From Escherichia phage EPIMRB01: a stretch of 64,000 nt of DNA. A program made the position numbers and the translations under genes. Numbering within the stretch: the stretch's first letter is position 1; every line of letters begins with the position of its first letter. The notes under the pieces are model-generated. The model was not told the origin of the DNA and ran no database searches. It saw nothing but the letters and a program-made list of their open reading frames with translations. Below, one piece after another: positions 36,364 to 47,625 of this stretch. The DNA lies in the sequence record PQ657784; one strand, 5' to 3'.

Positions 36364-36439
36364 TGGTCGAGGCAGTAGGGATCGAACCTACGACCTAGGA
36401 CTTAGAAGGTCCTTGCTCTTCCTTCTGAGCTATGCCTCG
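36364..36439 (-). tRNA. tRNA-Arg (anticodon UCU)
   Basis: Cloverleaf folded by eye: 7-bp acceptor, D-stem GCTC/GAGC, anticodon loop CTTCTAA, T-loop TTCGATC, encoded CCA. Confidence 0.8.
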
Positions 36440-36443
36440 GATT

Positions 36444-36518
36444 TGGCGGACGTGATAGGATTCGAACCTATAACCAATCGCTTAACAGGCGATCGCTCTG
36501 CCATTGAGCTACACATCC
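36444..36518 (-). tRNA. tRNA-Asn (anticodon GUU)
   Basis: Acceptor GGATGTG/CACGTCC, D-arm AGCTCAATGGCAGAGC, anticodon loop CTGTTAA, T-arm, CCA. Confidence 0.7.
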
Positions 36519-36522
36519 AAAT

Positions 36523-36609
36523 TGGTGGGGAGTGATGGAGTCGAACCACCCGAGTCGCAATGACAATGAATTTACAGTCCACACCGCTACCTCTACGGGA
36601 TAACTCCCC
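36523..36609 (-). tRNA. tRNA-Tyr (anticodon GUA), long variable arm; D-arm non-canonical
   Basis: Perfect acceptor GGGGAGT/ACTCCCC, anticodon loop CTGTAAA, T-arm GGTGG-TTCGACT-CCATC, CCA; D-stem pairs only weakly. Confidence 0.6.
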
Positions 36610-36618
36610 AAATTAATT

Positions 36619-36693
36619 TGGTGGCCCTGGGTGGAATTGAACCACCATCTGGCGATTATGAGTCGCTTGCTTGAACCTTCCAGCTACAGGGCC
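36619..36693 (-). tRNA. tRNA with CAU anticodon (tRNA-Ile2-like; Met not excluded)
   Basis: Acceptor GGCCCTG/CAGGGCC, anticodon loop CTCATAA, T-arm, CCA. Confidence 0.7.
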
Positions 36694-36694
36694 T

Positions 36695-36770
36695 TGGTGC
36701 TGATTGACGGAATCGAACCGCCGACCTTCTCATTACAAGTGAGTTGCTCTTCCTTCTGAGCTAAATCAGC
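36695..36770 (-). tRNA. tRNA-Thr (anticodon UGU)
   Basis: Acceptor GCTGATT/AATCAGC, D-arm AGCTCAGAAGG, anticodon loop CTTGTAA, T-arm, CCA. Confidence 0.8.
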
Positions 36771-36775
36771 AAAGC

Positions 36776-36865
36776 TGGCGGAGGCGATAGGATTTGAACC
36801 TATGAGTCGCCGGAGCGACTGCCGGTTTTCAAGACCGGTGCATTAAACCACTCTGCCACGCCTCC
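36776..36865 (-). tRNA. tRNA-Ser (anticodon UGA), long variable arm
   Basis: Acceptor GGAGGCG/CGCCTCC, anticodon loop CTTGAAA, long extra arm, T-arm GGTTCAAATCC. Confidence 0.8.
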
Positions 36866-36867
36866 AG

Positions 36868-36941
36868 TCTCCATACAAGGATTTGAACCTTGGACCTCCT
36901 GATCCCAAATCAGGCGCTCTACCAAACTGAGCTACACGGAG
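36868..36941 (-). tRNA. tRNA-Pro (anticodon UGG), CCA not encoded
   Basis: D-arm AGCTCAGTTTGGTAGAGC, anticodon loop TTTGGGA, T-arm GGTTCAAATCC; acceptor includes G-U pairs. Confidence 0.7.
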
Positions 36942-36951
36942 TAAATTAAAT

Positions 36952-37025
<74 letters not shown>

Positions 37026-37030
37026 AAATT

Positions 37031-37119
37031 TGGTGCGAGAAGTGGGACTCGAACCCACAAGGAAATCATTCCGCAGCATTTTAAGTGCTGTGCCTTTACC
37101 AATTTGACCATTCTCGCGC
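37031..37119 (-). tRNA. tRNA-Leu (anticodon UAA), long variable arm
   Basis: Acceptor GCGCGAG/CTCGCAC, anticodon loop CTTAAAA, long extra arm, T-arm GGTTCGAGTCC, CCA. Confidence 0.8.
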
Positions 37120-37191
37120 TGGGAATAAAGGACTTGAACCTTTGCATCCTGGAATCAAAATCCAGTGCCTTACCAACTTGGCTAATTCCCA
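37120..37191 (-). tRNA. tRNA-Gln (anticodon UUG), CCA not encoded
   Basis: Acceptor TGGGAAT/ATTCCCA, anticodon loop TTTTGAT, T-arm GGTTCAAGTCC. Confidence 0.75.
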
Positions 37192-37277
37192 ATTATTAAC
37201 AAAGGCTCTCAAACAAGAACCCTTGATGATAGAGGGTATTAATCAGTGCGGTATGAGTTAATAATAACAAATAATTC

Positions 37278-37793
37278 TTAAAGCAAATCAACCATTTTAA
37301 CAGTCGGCAAAACAATTTCTTCTTCAATATAAGTAAATTCTACATGTTCAACTACACGCAAGAAATCATAGTCATAGTATTCAGAAGCATGACCAAGAAT
37401 ATCAATGAGGCCTTCAGATATCTTATTACCATTCACAAAGAATAAATCAAATACACGTTCTTCATCTTCTTCGGATTTATTACCAAGGTCAACTTCTATG
37501 TCAAAGAGCTTTTTAATGAATTCTGGATAAAGTTGGTCTGAGAACAGTCCTTCAACCAAATATTCATATATAAAAAGCTCTTGCTCGCTGAACAAACCAT
37601 TACCACAATAACGTTCAACTTTGGTACTAGAATGACGACTCTTAAACTTCTTCAAGAGATATTTAAATTGTTGGAGCTCATTCTCTTCTACGCCAAACAG
37701 TGTTTTGGTTTTATAGTTGTCACCATCATTTTCACAGGTAGTGACATCAATTACGTAACCCTTAGGAATTGTGCTGCCTAAACGAATATACAT
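37278..37793 (-). CDS. Hypothetical acidic protein, 171 aa
   Basis: ORF upstream of the tRNA cluster. Confidence 0.5.
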   Translation of the reverse strand: MYIRLGSTIPKGYVIDVTTCENDGDNYKTKTLFGVEENELQQFKYLLKKFKSRHSSTKVERYCGNGLFSEQELFIYEYLVEGLFSDQLYPEFIKKLFDIEVDLGNKSEEDEERVFDLFFVNGNKISEGLIDILGHASEYYDYDFLRVVEHVEFTYIEEEIVLPTVKMVDLL

Positions 37794-38089
37794 TTGTTCA
37801 CCATATTAATATAAGTATATTTAATACATTCAAGACCCAAAGGATTCTTGAAAATATCATATTCAAGAGGACCTTTTTCTGTTTCAATAAAGAAATCAAA
37901 ATTTACTGTATTAAATTTACGGTCTTCCTTCACTAATTTAACTTGAGAAGATGAACGGTCAATGTAAACCTTTTCAACTTCAAAACATGTTAAAATGCCA
38001 TAATCATCAATCAAGGCTTTAGCAGCATCTTGATCATATTTATATCCATTTTCAACGGACGATACTTTCGCATAAAGAATCATTATCAA
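37778..38089 (-). CDS. Hypothetical protein, 103 aa
   Basis: ORF. Confidence 0.5.
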   Translation of the reverse strand: MIMILYAKVSSVENGYKYDQDAAKALIDDYGILTCFEVEKVYIDRSSSQVKLVKEDRKFNTVNFDFFIETEKGPLEYDIFKNPLGLECIKYTYINMVNKCIFV

Positions 38090-38466
38090 CCTTCATCAAC
38101 AATAGTATGCGTATTGGCATTTACAATTTGCCACCAATCAAAGCGATTAGAACCATACATCGGTTTGTTTTCATTTTCTTTAATAATGCCACGGAGTTCA
38201 TCTTCAGTGGCGGCTTTCGCGATTAAATCAGCATATCCACCACGAGGATAATAATTATCACCTGCAAAAAGTAAAAAGTTTGGTTTAATGTTATTGAACT
38301 CTTCAAGAGTAATAACTTTTCCTGTTGGTTGAACAATCTCTACATATTTATATCCCAATTTTTGAGCAGCATCTACTGCTTCAAGCAAAGTATCATGAGC
38401 CCATCCTATTTGACAATTCGGCTTTTTAGATGGATTAGCCTGATAATCCGCGTACACTTTATACAT
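38086..38466 (-). CDS. Hypothetical protein, about 126 aa (start at the Met with AAGGTGA RBS)
   Basis: Track ORF 38086..38499 trimmed to MYKVYADYQ. Confidence 0.5.
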   Translation of the reverse strand: MYKVYADYQANPSKKPNCQIGWAHDTLLEAVDAAQKLGYKYVEIVQPTGKVITLEEFNNIKPNFLLFAGDNYYPRGGYADLIAKAATEDELRGIIKENENKPMYGSNRFDWWQIVNANTHTIVDEG

Positions 38467-38467
38467 T

Positions 38468-38653
38468 CTATTCACCTTTAGAAATTTTATCCATAACAAT
38501 AGCGATTAAACCAATTAAAAATGCTACTACAAGTGAAAAAACATTTTCTGCTGTAGTCAATAATCCGCATATAAATCCAACAAACATTGAAAAACTAAAA
38601 GCGGAAGCAGAAATTGCAATAGCAACATTTCGAATTAATTCACAACGTTTCAT
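38468..38653 (-). CDS. Small membrane protein, 61 aa
   Basis: Two hydrophobic segments; GGAGGAGAAT RBS; directly after an early promoter. Confidence 0.5.
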   Translation of the reverse strand: MKRCELIRNVAIAISASAFSFSMFVGFICGLLTTAENVFSLVVAFLIGLIAIVMDKISKGE

Positions 38654-38680
38654 TTTATTCTCCTCGGTAGTTGATAGGGT

Positions 38681-38730
38681 AATAGTATCACAACTAAAAC
38701 CCTATGTAAACAACTTTGTGAAATATTTAT
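38681..38730 (-). promoter_or_regulatory. T4-type early promoter with conserved leader variant
   Basis: Reverse complement reads AATAAATATTTCACAAAGTTGTTTAC-N17-GATACTATTACCCTATCAACTAC. Confidence 0.55.
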
Positions 38731-39017
38731 TACAAAAGATTTTTAGCAATAATCTTGAGATGTGCCGCAGAAATGTGTTTAGCTTTAAACAACGCAGTTT
38801 CTTCAGCAGGAGAGATAATGATTGTAGCACCATCCTTTTTAGCAGACCACCCATCACCTAGGTAAACAGTACCTTTGATTTCTTCGCCATCAACCAAACT
38901 AATCATTGGTTTACCTTCTCGTCCTTTATTTGCTTTAATAACTTCAGAAGTAAGAGTAGCTTCAGTAATAGTAGAAACCGGGGTAGTTGTAGAAGTAAAT
39001 TCTTTGAAAGTTTTCAT
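38730..39017 (-). CDS. Internal protein with capsid-targeting leader, 95 aa (IPI position and size)
   Basis: N-terminus MKTFKEFTSTTTPVSTITE with I-T-E cleavage context; located between 57B and the tRNA cluster. Confidence 0.65.
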   Translation of the reverse strand: MKTFKEFTSTTTPVSTITEATLTSEVIKANKGREGKPMISLVDGEEIKGTVYLGDGWSAKKDGATIIISPAEETALFKAKHISAAHLKIIAKNLL

Positions 39018-39045
39018 TTTATTTTCCTAATTAATTTTGATGAGA

Positions 39046-39786
<741 letters not shown>

Positions 39787-39787
<1 letters not shown>

Positions 39788-40500
39788 TATAGTACCTTTA
39801 GTGTATTTTTAATTTTAGAAAAAAGTTCTTCAAGAGAACCATCGTTTGTAATTACTAAATCGCCATCACGAATTGGCAATCCAGCTTCTGTAATATGAGT
39901 ATCATTGGATTTTTGACCAGGACGAACTACATGAATTACTGTAGCACCCATCGCCCTAGCCGCATCCATTTCATGATCTTGACGAGTATCAGGAACGATA
40001 TAATAATCATAACCTGAGTTAAATTTATCAAGATAATCTAAAGCAAATAATTTTACCCAATACATGCGGTCGAAGTTATTAACAATCAAATCCGTACCTA
40101 GGGCTTGCATCAGACGACGGACTGACCATTGATCTTCAATATTATTTATAACGTCAGCAATCTTGTTAAATGCTACGAAATTAACTGCGTCATCAAAAAC
40201 AAACACACCTTTAATTGGGCTTTTACTATTAAGATAGCAAAATGCTTGTTCCATAATCGTAATTACTTCTAATTTAGTCAGATTTAAATTAGTCTCACGA
40301 TCATAGTCAATTCCTTCAAACTCTTTACGAGTTAAGCAAGGATAGTCAGTGTTTGCAGCAAACACACCCCATGCATAAGCCAATGCATCCTTAATAGGAC
40401 CAGCAAGTTGATATTTAACTGCAGAATAATTATTCATAATAAAATCTGCAGTAGTATCTTTTCCACTACGCTTTACACCACTTAAAAAGATTAGTTTCAT
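39787..40500 (-). CDS. 1: Deoxynucleoside monophosphate kinase gp1
   Basis: 237 aa; P-loop GVKRSGKDT; position after 57A. Confidence 0.88.
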
Positions 40501-40549
40501 ATGTTTCTCCTCAAATTTAGTTAAGATTATAACACATGAAACTTAAGCA

Positions 40550-41080
40550 TTAAACTTCTGCTATAATTTTGCCATCTTTTTCTACTTGAAAATACGTATA
40601 AGGAATCGTTGCTGTGCATACTAAAGCTGGGTCTGAATCTTCTGTGTAGCTAAATTCTACTTCAGACAGGTCAGAAACCCAAGGCTTATAAAAGTTTATT
40701 GACATCACGATTTCAGTTTTACTATTATCTAAAATGTAAAGCGTAATGTATTCAGGACCTGTTTTTTGGGCAGTATTTTCGCCTGTAAGATAGTTACTAG
40801 TTCCTAGCATCCATTCATACATTCCTATCCACGACTTAAGTTCTTCATCAACTATAAATCTCACAATGAGTGGGTCGTACTCAAATGTAACTCCTGGACG
40901 CTGTGCTCGGCCTAGTCCAAAAGGCCCAGTCACGGTATCAGTAACAGGTATCCTAATTCCCGGAATAGGAACTGACTGAGCATTTAAAGTAAAAGCAGAT
41001 GTAGTATTACTATGCGGTATTGATACTACAAAGTTAGTTGTATTTGCTTGGTTAAAAATTTGTTGTAGTGCTTGCGACAT
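40550..41080 (-). CDS. 3: Tail sheath stabiliser/tail completion protein gp3
   Basis: About 176 aa from MSQALQQIFNQ; track ORF extends upstream in-frame; T4 order 1-3-2-4. Confidence 0.75.
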   Translation of the reverse strand: MSQALQQIFNQANTTNFVVSIPHSNTTSAFTLNAQSVPIPGIRIPVTDTVTGPFGLGRAQRPGVTFEYDPLIVRFIVDEELKSWIGMYEWMLGTSNYLTGENTAQKTGPEYITLYILDNSKTEIVMSINFYKPWVSDLSEVEFSYTEDSDPALVCTATIPYTYFQVEKDGKIIAEV

Positions 41081-41186
41081 ATATTCCTCATAATGCTTTA
41101 TAAATGTTGGTGGTATAATGGGTCTAAGTCCCTTCCATTCAATTCCAATTAGAACAAACAATAGAAAAGAATGGAAGATAATAGAA

Positions 41187-42011
41187 TTAGATATTTGACC
41201 AGACTTTGTTTGCAGAGAAACGTTTTCCTTTTGAAACGAACTGCTGAAGTGGCATTAACACAACGTTCGCCCAGTCTTTCGGGGCGATTTCAACAAGGCT
41301 ACCCATAATATTACCAGGTATATATGCCTTAATCATTTGGTCTGCACCCCTAAATCCTTTCACTTGACTCCAATCAATTTTTAATTTCGTTTTATTAGTA
41401 ATAGTAGGTGTATTTGAATATTGCTTTAAAAGCTCTTCTAGAAATTGCTGACGAGCTTTAGGTGGAATATAGTGCAAGTTCAATCCGTACATTAAATTAT
41501 GTTTACCTAAACCAAGGTAAATTATCAAAGGAAATTTATCCCAATAAGGAAGAGTTTCCTTGTGTTTAGCATCATAAGCAAAAGCATATATTCGTCCCGG
41601 CTGCGGGCGAACAACTTTATGTCCTTTTACCTGCTTAATAGTTTCAGCAAACCACTTTCTAGTTTTATTATTAATTGCTGCACCTTCATTACGAATTTTA
41701 TCACGCAATGTTTGTCTGAATGAATTTATCATAAGCAGTTGTCTTTCTTGCTTATTGAGTTTATTCATTGGTTTTGATTCAAGCTTTTGAATCTTTTCAG
41801 CTGTTTTAATTCCTGAAGCATATTTTGACATTGCCGAAGTAAACGTAGAATATTTAATTCCTTTTTCTTCAGCAAATTGCTTTCCTGTCATTCCTTTTGC
41901 TTTGGACTTTTTGTATTCAAGACCTATCTGAATCCATTTCTTTTCGTTTAATGATTGCTTAACCTTTGGAACTTGGGGAGTGCTTTCATTAATTATTTGA
42001 AAAATAGCCAT
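41187..42011 (-). CDS. 2: DNA end-protector protein gp2
   Basis: 274 aa, basic; position between 3 and 4. Confidence 0.8.
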   Translation of the reverse strand: MAIFQIINESTPQVPKVKQSLNEKKWIQIGLEYKKSKAKGMTGKQFAEEKGIKYSTFTSAMSKYASGIKTAEKIQKLESKPMNKLNKQERQLLMINSFRQTLRDKIRNEGAAINNKTRKWFAETIKQVKGHKVVRPQPGRIYAFAYDAKHKETLPYWDKFPLIIYLGLGKHNLMYGLNLHYIPPKARQQFLEELLKQYSNTPTITNKTKLKIDWSQVKGFRGADQMIKAYIPGNIMGSLVEIAPKDWANVVLMPLQQFVSKGKRFSANKVWSNI

Positions 42012-42463
42012 TATGCCCCCTTAAAGCCAAGAGCTCGTAATCCATCTTCTGTTAAAATTCTAAATTTTATTCCACGCTTTTCAGCTAAAGCTTGAGCTGC
42101 TTTCCATTTGTCAGTATTAACTGAATATGTATAAATTTCATTCATAAATCTTTTCTTCGCTGCAGTTGTTAGATGTGCTGGTTTAACTGGTGGTTGTGTT
42201 TCTTTTTTAGGCTTTATTTCAATAAAAAATTCTTGTCCAGAAGAATCTTTCATCCAAATATCCATGAAGTATCTACGTTTTTTCCCTTCTGCATTACAAA
42301 AATAAGGAATTACTGCTGTTTCACTACCCCATGCAATAATTTCTGGATTTTTATCTAACCATTCAAAAAAGAATTTTTCCCAATTTGATCTATACGTAAT
42401 TTTTTTAGGGTCACCTCTATATTTTGATATATTTTTAGGAACCCATTTTCCAGAATATGCCAT
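42011..42463 (-). CDS. 4: Head completion protein gp4
   Basis: 150 aa; last minus-strand gene before the divergent late promoter region. Confidence 0.8.
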   Translation of the reverse strand: MAYSGKWVPKNISKYRGDPKKITYRSNWEKFFFEWLDKNPEIIAWGSETAVIPYFCNAEGKKRRYFMDIWMKDSSGQEFFIEIKPKKETQPPVKPAHLTTAAKKRFMNEIYTYSVNTDKWKAAQALAEKRGIKFRILTEDGLRALGFKGA

Positions 42464-42474
42464 TGGATTCTCCT

Positions 42475-42497
42475 TATAAATAGATAATATATTTATA
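42475..42497. promoter_or_regulatory. Divergent late promoters: TATAAATA on plus strand (gene 53) and on minus strand (gene 4)
   Basis: Plus 42475-42482 tataaata; reverse complement of 42490-42497 is TATAAATA. Confidence 0.55.
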
Positions 42498-42510
42498 AAC
42501 AGGAGGGCCC

Positions 42511-43101
42511 ATGCTCTTTACATTTTTTGATCCGATTGAATATGCGGCCAAAACGGTGAATAAAAACGCGCCGACTATTCCTATGACAGATATTTTTAGA
42601 AACTATAAAGACTATTTCAAACGCGCTCTTGCGGGATATCGCTTACGTACTTATTATATTAAAGGTTCACCACGCCCGGAAGAATTAGCAAATGCTATAT
42701 ATGGAAATCCACAGTTGTATTGGGTTTTATTGATGTGTAATGATAATTATGATCCGTATTATGGATGGATTACTTCGCAAGAAGCTGCTTATCAAGCATC
42801 TATACAAAAATACAAAAACGTAGGTGGAGACCAAATAGTATATCATGTGAACGAGAATGGTGAAAAATTTTATAATTTAATAGCATACGATGATAATCCA
42901 TATGTTTGGTATGATAAAGGCGATAAAGCTAGAAAATATCCTCAATATGAAGGAGCACTTGCTGCCGTCGATACGTATGAAGCTGCTGTTCTTGAAAATG
43001 AAAAACTTCGTCAAATAAAAATAATAGCAAAATCAGACATTAATTCATTTATGAACGACCTTATACGTATAATGGAGAAATCTTATGGAAATGATAAGTA
43101 A
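42511..43101 (+). CDS. 53: Baseplate wedge protein gp53
   Basis: 196 aa; first gene of the plus-strand late block, before gene 5. Confidence 0.85.
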   Translation: MLFTFFDPIEYAAKTVNKNAPTIPMTDIFRNYKDYFKRALAGYRLRTYYIKGSPRPEELANAIYGNPQLYWVLLMCNDNYDPYYGWITSQEAAYQASIQKYKNVGGDQIVYHVNENGEKFYNLIAYDDNPYVWYDKGDKARKYPQYEGALAAVDTYEAAVLENEKLRQIKIIAKSDINSFMNDLIRIMEKSYGNDK

Positions 43102-44812
43102 TAACCTTAATTGGTTTGTTGGTGTTGTTGAAGATAGAATGGACCCATTAAAATTAGGTCGTGTTCGTGTTCGTGTTGTTGGTCTGCATCCACATCAAAG
43201 AGCCCAAGGCGATGTAATGGGTATTCCAACTGATAAATTACCGTGGATGTCAGTTATTCAACCTATAACTTCGGCAGCAATGTCTGGAATTGGAGGCTCC
43301 GTTACTGGTCCGGTAGAAGGAACTAGAGTTTATGGTCATTTTTTAGACAAATGGAAAACTAACGGAATTGTCCTTGGCACTTATGGCGGAATAGTTCGCG
43401 AAAAACCTAATAGACTTGAAGGATTTTCTGACCCAACTGGTCAGTATCCTAGACGTCTAGGAAATGATACTAACGTATTAAACCAAGGCGGAGAAGTAGG
43501 ATATGATTCGTCTTCTAATATTATCCAAGATAGTAATCTAGACACTGCGATAAATCCCGATGATAGACCGCTATCAGAGATTCCAACTGATGATAATCCA
43601 AATATGTCAATGGCTGAAATGCTTCGCCGTGATGAAGGATTAAGACTAAAAGTTTATTGGGATACTGAAGGATATCCGACAATTGGCATTGGTCATCTTA
43701 TCATGAAGCAGCCAGTTCGTGATATGACCCAAATTAATAAAGTTTTATCAAAACAAGTTGGTCGTGAAATTACCGGAAATCCAGGTTCTATTACAATGGA
43801 AGAAGCGGTAACTTTATTTGAACGCGATTTGGCTGATATGCAACGTGACATTAAATCACATTCTAAAGTTGGCCCAGTTTGGCAAGCAGTTAATCGTTCT
43901 CGTCAAATGGCATTAGAAAATATGGCATTTCAGATGGGCGTTGGTGGCGTAGCTAAATTTAACACAATGTTAACTGCTATGTTAGCCGGAGATTGGGAAA
44001 AAGCATACAAAGCCGGTCGTGATTCATTATGGTATCAACAAACAAAAGGCCGTGCATCCCGTGTTACCATGATTATTCTTACAGGTAATTTGGAATCATA
44101 CGGTATTGAAGTTAAAACACCAGCTAGGTCTTTGTCAGCAATGGCTGCTACTGTAGCAAAGTCTTCTGACCCGGCTGACCCTCCTATTCCGAATGATTCG
44201 AGAATTTTATTCAAAGAACCTGTTTCTTCATATAAAGGTGAATATCCGTATGTTCACACAATGGAAACTGAAAGCGGTCATATTCAGGAATTTGATGATA
44301 CCCCTGGACAAGAACGATACAGATTAGTTCATCCGACTGGAACATATGAGGAAGTATCACCGTCAGGAAGAAGAACAAGAAAAACTGTTGATAATTTATA
44401 TGATATAACAAATGCTGATGGTAATTTTTTGGTAGCCGGCGATAAAAAGACTAACGTCGGTGGATCAGAAATTTACTACAACATGGATAATCGTCTTCAC
44501 CAAATAGATGGAAGCAACACAATATTTGTGCGCGGCGATGAAACTAAGACAGTTGAAGGTAATGGAACTATCCTAGTAAAAGGTAATGTTACTATTGTAG
44601 TTGAAGGTAATGCTGACATTACAGTTAAAGGGGATGCTACCACTTTAGTTGAAGGAAATCAGACTAATACAGTAAATGGAAATCTTTCTTGGAAAGTTGC
44701 TGGGACAGTTGATTGGGACGTTGGTGGTGATTGGACAGAAAAAATGGCATCTATGAGTTCTATTTCATCTGGTCAATACACAATTGATGGATCGAGGATT
44801 GACATTGGCTAA
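43085..44812 (+). CDS. 5: Baseplate central spike/tail lysozyme gp5
   Basis: 575 aa; internal lysozyme domain similar to e (EGLRLKVYWDTEGYPTIGIGHLI); C-terminal VxGxxxxx beta-helix repeats. Confidence 0.92.
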   Translation: MEMISNNLNWFVGVVEDRMDPLKLGRVRVRVVGLHPHQRAQGDVMGIPTDKLPWMSVIQPITSAAMSGIGGSVTGPVEGTRVYGHFLDKWKTNGIVLGTYGGIVREKPNRLEGFSDPTGQYPRRLGNDTNVLNQGGEVGYDSSSNIIQDSNLDTAINPDDRPLSEIPTDDNPNMSMAEMLRRDEGLRLKVYWDTEGYPTIGIGHLIMKQPVRDMTQINKVLSKQVGREITGNPGSITMEEAVTLFERDLADMQRDIKSHSKVGPVWQAVNRSRQMALENMAFQMGVGGVAKFNTMLTAMLAGDWEKAYKAGRDSLWYQQTKGRASRVTMIILTGNLESYGIEVKTPARSLSAMAATVAKSSDPADPPIPNDSRILFKEPVSSYKGEYPYVHTMETESGHIQEFDDTPGQERYRLVHPTGTYEEVSPSGRRTRKTVDNLYDITNADGNFLVAGDKKTNVGGSEIYYNMDNRLHQIDGSNTIFVRGDETKTVEGNGTILVKGNVTIVVEGNADITVKGDATTLVEGNQTNTVNGNLSWKVAGTVDWDVGGDWTEKMASMSSISSGQYTIDGSRIDIG

Positions 44813-44846
44813 TATACTTCCAATGAGCGCTGATTTAGGAGAATCC

Positions 44847-45341
44847 ATGGAAGGTTCTTCTATCGACGTCACCTTTACCGCTCAATTAGAAACAGGTGAA
44901 ACGTTAGTATCTATAAATATAACTAGTTACGAAGAAACTCCTGGGGTTTTAGTAGAAGAAAATCATTTATATGGAACGTATGAATCTGTATTTGGATTTG
45001 GAAATGATGCATTGAAATATCGTTTAGATGATGAATTTAAAACTGCTGCTTCATGGGAAGACCTTCCAACTGATTCTAATACTCAGTTATATCTATGGAA
45101 AGCTCCTCAAAACCTCCAGAAGACATTCACTTACGAAGTAACATTAATATATGACTACCAAGAACAAAGTGAATCTGGAGGTTCTGGTAGTAATTCTAGG
45201 TCATCTTCTGATACTATTGAACCAACGGATCCTCCAGCTCCAATAAGAAAAACTCTTGTTAAAAATTACACAAAAACTATAGTTGGAAATTGGAGCCGTT
45301 GGGCTAATAAATTGAGAAGCTACGTATATGAGAGGCAATAA
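44847..45341 (+). CDS. 5.1: gp5.1-position protein (about 164 aa from the Met with AGGAG RBS)
   Basis: ORF 44784..45341 trimmed to remove the overlap with gene 5. Confidence 0.6.
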   Translation: MEGSSIDVTFTAQLETGETLVSINITSYEETPGVLVEENHLYGTYESVFGFGNDALKYRLDDEFKTAASWEDLPTDSNTQLYLWKAPQNLQKTFTYEVTLIYDYQEQSESGGSGSNSRSSSDTIEPTDPPAPIRKTLVKNYTKTIVGNWSRWANKLRSYVYERQ

Positions 45342-45634
45342 TGTCAGGATTAAGTTATGATAAGTGTGTTACTGCTGGCCATGAAGCATGGCCTCCAACA
45401 GTTGTGAATGCTACACAAAATAAAGTATTCACTGGAGGAATTGCTGTTCTCGTAGCAGGTGATCCAATTACAGAACATACAGAAATTAAAAAGCCATATG
45501 AAACACATGGCGGAGTGACACAACCTAGAACTTCTAAGGTATATGTCACTGGAAAGAAAGCTGTTCAAATGGCTGATCCAATATCATGTGGCGATACTGT
45601 GGCTCAGGCATCATCTAAAGTATTCATTAAATAG
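45341..45634 (+). CDS. 5.4: Spike-tip PAAR-like protein gp5.4
   Basis: 97 aa; [30 protein letters not shown] matches T4 gp5.4 as recalled. Confidence 0.85.
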   Translation: MSGLSYDKCVTAGHEAWPPTVVNATQNKVFTGGIAVLVAGDPITEHTEIKKPYETHGGVTQPRTSKVYVTGKKAVQMADPISCGDTVAQASSKVFIK

Positions 45635-45642
45635 GATTTAAA

Positions 45643-47625
45643 ATGGCAAATACCCCTGTAAATTATCAATTAACAAGAACAGCAAATGCTATTCCCGAGA
45701 TATTCGTCGGGGGTACATTTGCTGAAATAAAACAAAACCTCATTGAATGGCTTAATGGCCAAAATGAATTTTTGGATTATGATTTTGAAGGCTCAAGATT
45801 AAACGTTCTGTGCGACCTTTTGGCTTATAATACATTATACATTCAGCAGTTTGGTAATGCTGCCGTATATGAAAGCTTTATGCGTACTGCTAACTTACGT
45901 AGTTCAGTAGTTCAAGCGGCGCAAGATAATGGATATTTACCTACTTCAAAATCAGCTGCTCAAACTGAAATTATGCTAACTTGTACAGACGCATTGAATA
46001 GAAATTACATTACTATTCCTCGTGGTACTCGCTTTTTAGCATATGCAAAAGATACTTCTGTTAATCCTTATAACTTTGTCTCTACCGAAGATGTTATTGC
46101 TATTCGTGATAAAAATAACCAGTATTTTCCACGTTTAAAATTAGCCCAAGGACGTATAGTAAGAACTGAAATCGTTTATGATAAATTAACACCTATTATC
46201 ATTTATGACAAAAATATAGATAGAAACCAAGTTAAGCTGTATGTTGATGGAGCAGAATGGATTAACTGGACAAGAAAGTCAATGGTTCACGCTGGTTCTA
46301 CATCAACAATTTACTATATGCGTGAAACTATTGATGGAAATACTGAATTTTATTTTGGTGAAGGTGAGATTTCCGTTAATGCGGCAGAAGGAGCATTGAC
46401 CGCTAATTATATTGGAGGTCTTAAACCTACTCAGAACTCTACGATTGTTATTGAGTATATCAGTACTAACGGTGCAGATGCGAACGGTGCAGTCGGATTT
46501 TCATACGCAGATACATTAACAAATATAACTGTCATCAATATTAATGAAAACCCAAACGATGACCCAGATTTTGTTGGGGCAGATGGCGGCGGTGACCCAG
46601 AAGATATTGAACGTATTCGCGAATTGGGTACTATTAAACGTGAAACCCAGCAACGCTGCGTAACTGCGACCGACTATGATACATTCGTTTCAGAAAGATT
46701 CGGTTCTATTATTCAAGCGGTTCAGACTTTCACTGATTCTACTAAGCCTGGTTATGCATTTATTGCTGCTAAACCTAAATCAGGACTATATTTAACTACT
46801 GTACAACGTGAAGATATTAAAAATTATCTCAAAGATTATAATTTAGCTCCTATTACACCATCAATTATTTCTCCTAATTATCTTTTTGTTAAGACTAATT
46901 TAAAAGTCACATATGCTTTAAATAAGCTGCAAGAATCCGAACAGTGGCTTGAAGGTCAAATAATTGATAAAATTGATCGTTATTATACCGAAGATGTAGA
47001 AATTTTTAACTCATCTTTCGCTAAATCTAAGATGTTGACATATGTAGATGATGCAGATCATTCTATCATTGGCTCATCGGCGACAATTCAGATGGTACGT
47101 GAAGTACAAAACTTCTATAAAACGCCTGAAGCGGGTATTAAATACAATAATCAAATAAAAGATCGTTCTATGGAATCTAATACGTTTTCATTTAATTCCG
47201 GACGAAAGGTTGTAAATCCTGATACTGGCTTAGAAGAAGATGTATTATATGACGTTCGTATAGTATCAACAGACCGAGATTCTAAAGGAATTGGCAAAGT
47301 TATTATTGGTCCATTTGCTTCTGGTGATGTTACAGAAAATGAAAACATTCAGCCATATACAGGCAATGATTTTAATAAATTAGCAAGTTCCGATGGACGT
47401 GACAAATACTATGTTATCGGTGAAATAAATTATCCAGCTGACATGATTTATTGGAATATCGCTAAAATTAATTTAACATCCGATAAATTTGAGGTTCAGA
47501 CTATTGAGCTATATTCTGATCCAATAGACGATGTTATTTTCACACGCGATGGTTCACTGATTGTATTTGAAAATGATTTACGTCCACAATACTTAACTAT
47601 CGATTTGGAGCCTATATCACAATGA
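45643..47625 (+). CDS. 6: Baseplate wedge protein gp6
   Basis: 660 aa; size and order as in T4. Confidence 0.9.
   Translation: MANTPVNYQLTRTANAIPEIFVGGTFAEIKQNLIEWLNGQNEFLDYDFEGSRLNVLCDLLAYNTLYIQQFGNAAVYESFMRTANLRSSVVQAAQDNGYLPTSKSAAQTEIMLTCTDALNRNYITIPRGTRFLAYAKDTSVNPYNFVSTEDVIAIRDKNNQYFPRLKLAQGRIVRTEIVYDKLTPIIIYDKNIDRNQVKLYVDGAEWINWTRKSMVHAGSTSTIYYMRETIDGNTEFYFGEGEISVNAAEGALTANYIGGLKPTQNSTIVIEYISTNGADANGAVGFSYADTLTNITVININENPNDDPDFVGADGGGDPEDIERIRELGTIKRETQQRCVTATDYDTFVSERFGSIIQAVQTFTDSTKPGYAFIAAKPKSGLYLTTVQREDIKNYLKDYNLAPITPSIISPNYLFVKTNLKVTYALNKLQESEQWLEGQIIDKIDRYYTEDVEIFNSSFAKSKMLTYVDDADHSIIGSSATIQMVREVQNFYKTPEAGIKYNNQIKDRSMESNTFSFNSGRKVVNPDTGLEEDVLYDVRIVSTDRDSKGIGKVIIGPFASGDVTENENIQPYTGNDFNKLASSDGRDKYYVIGEINYPADMIYWNIAKINLTSDKFEVQTIELYSDPIDDVIFTRDGSLIVFENDLRPQYLTIDLEPISQ

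Noticed and set aside
41093-41119. Plus-strand MotA-box-like TGCTTTA plus TGGTATAAT inside gene 3
   Set aside because: It would drive antisense transcription through genes 3, 2 and 4; probably a chance match, though an antisense or middle promoter cannot be excluded.
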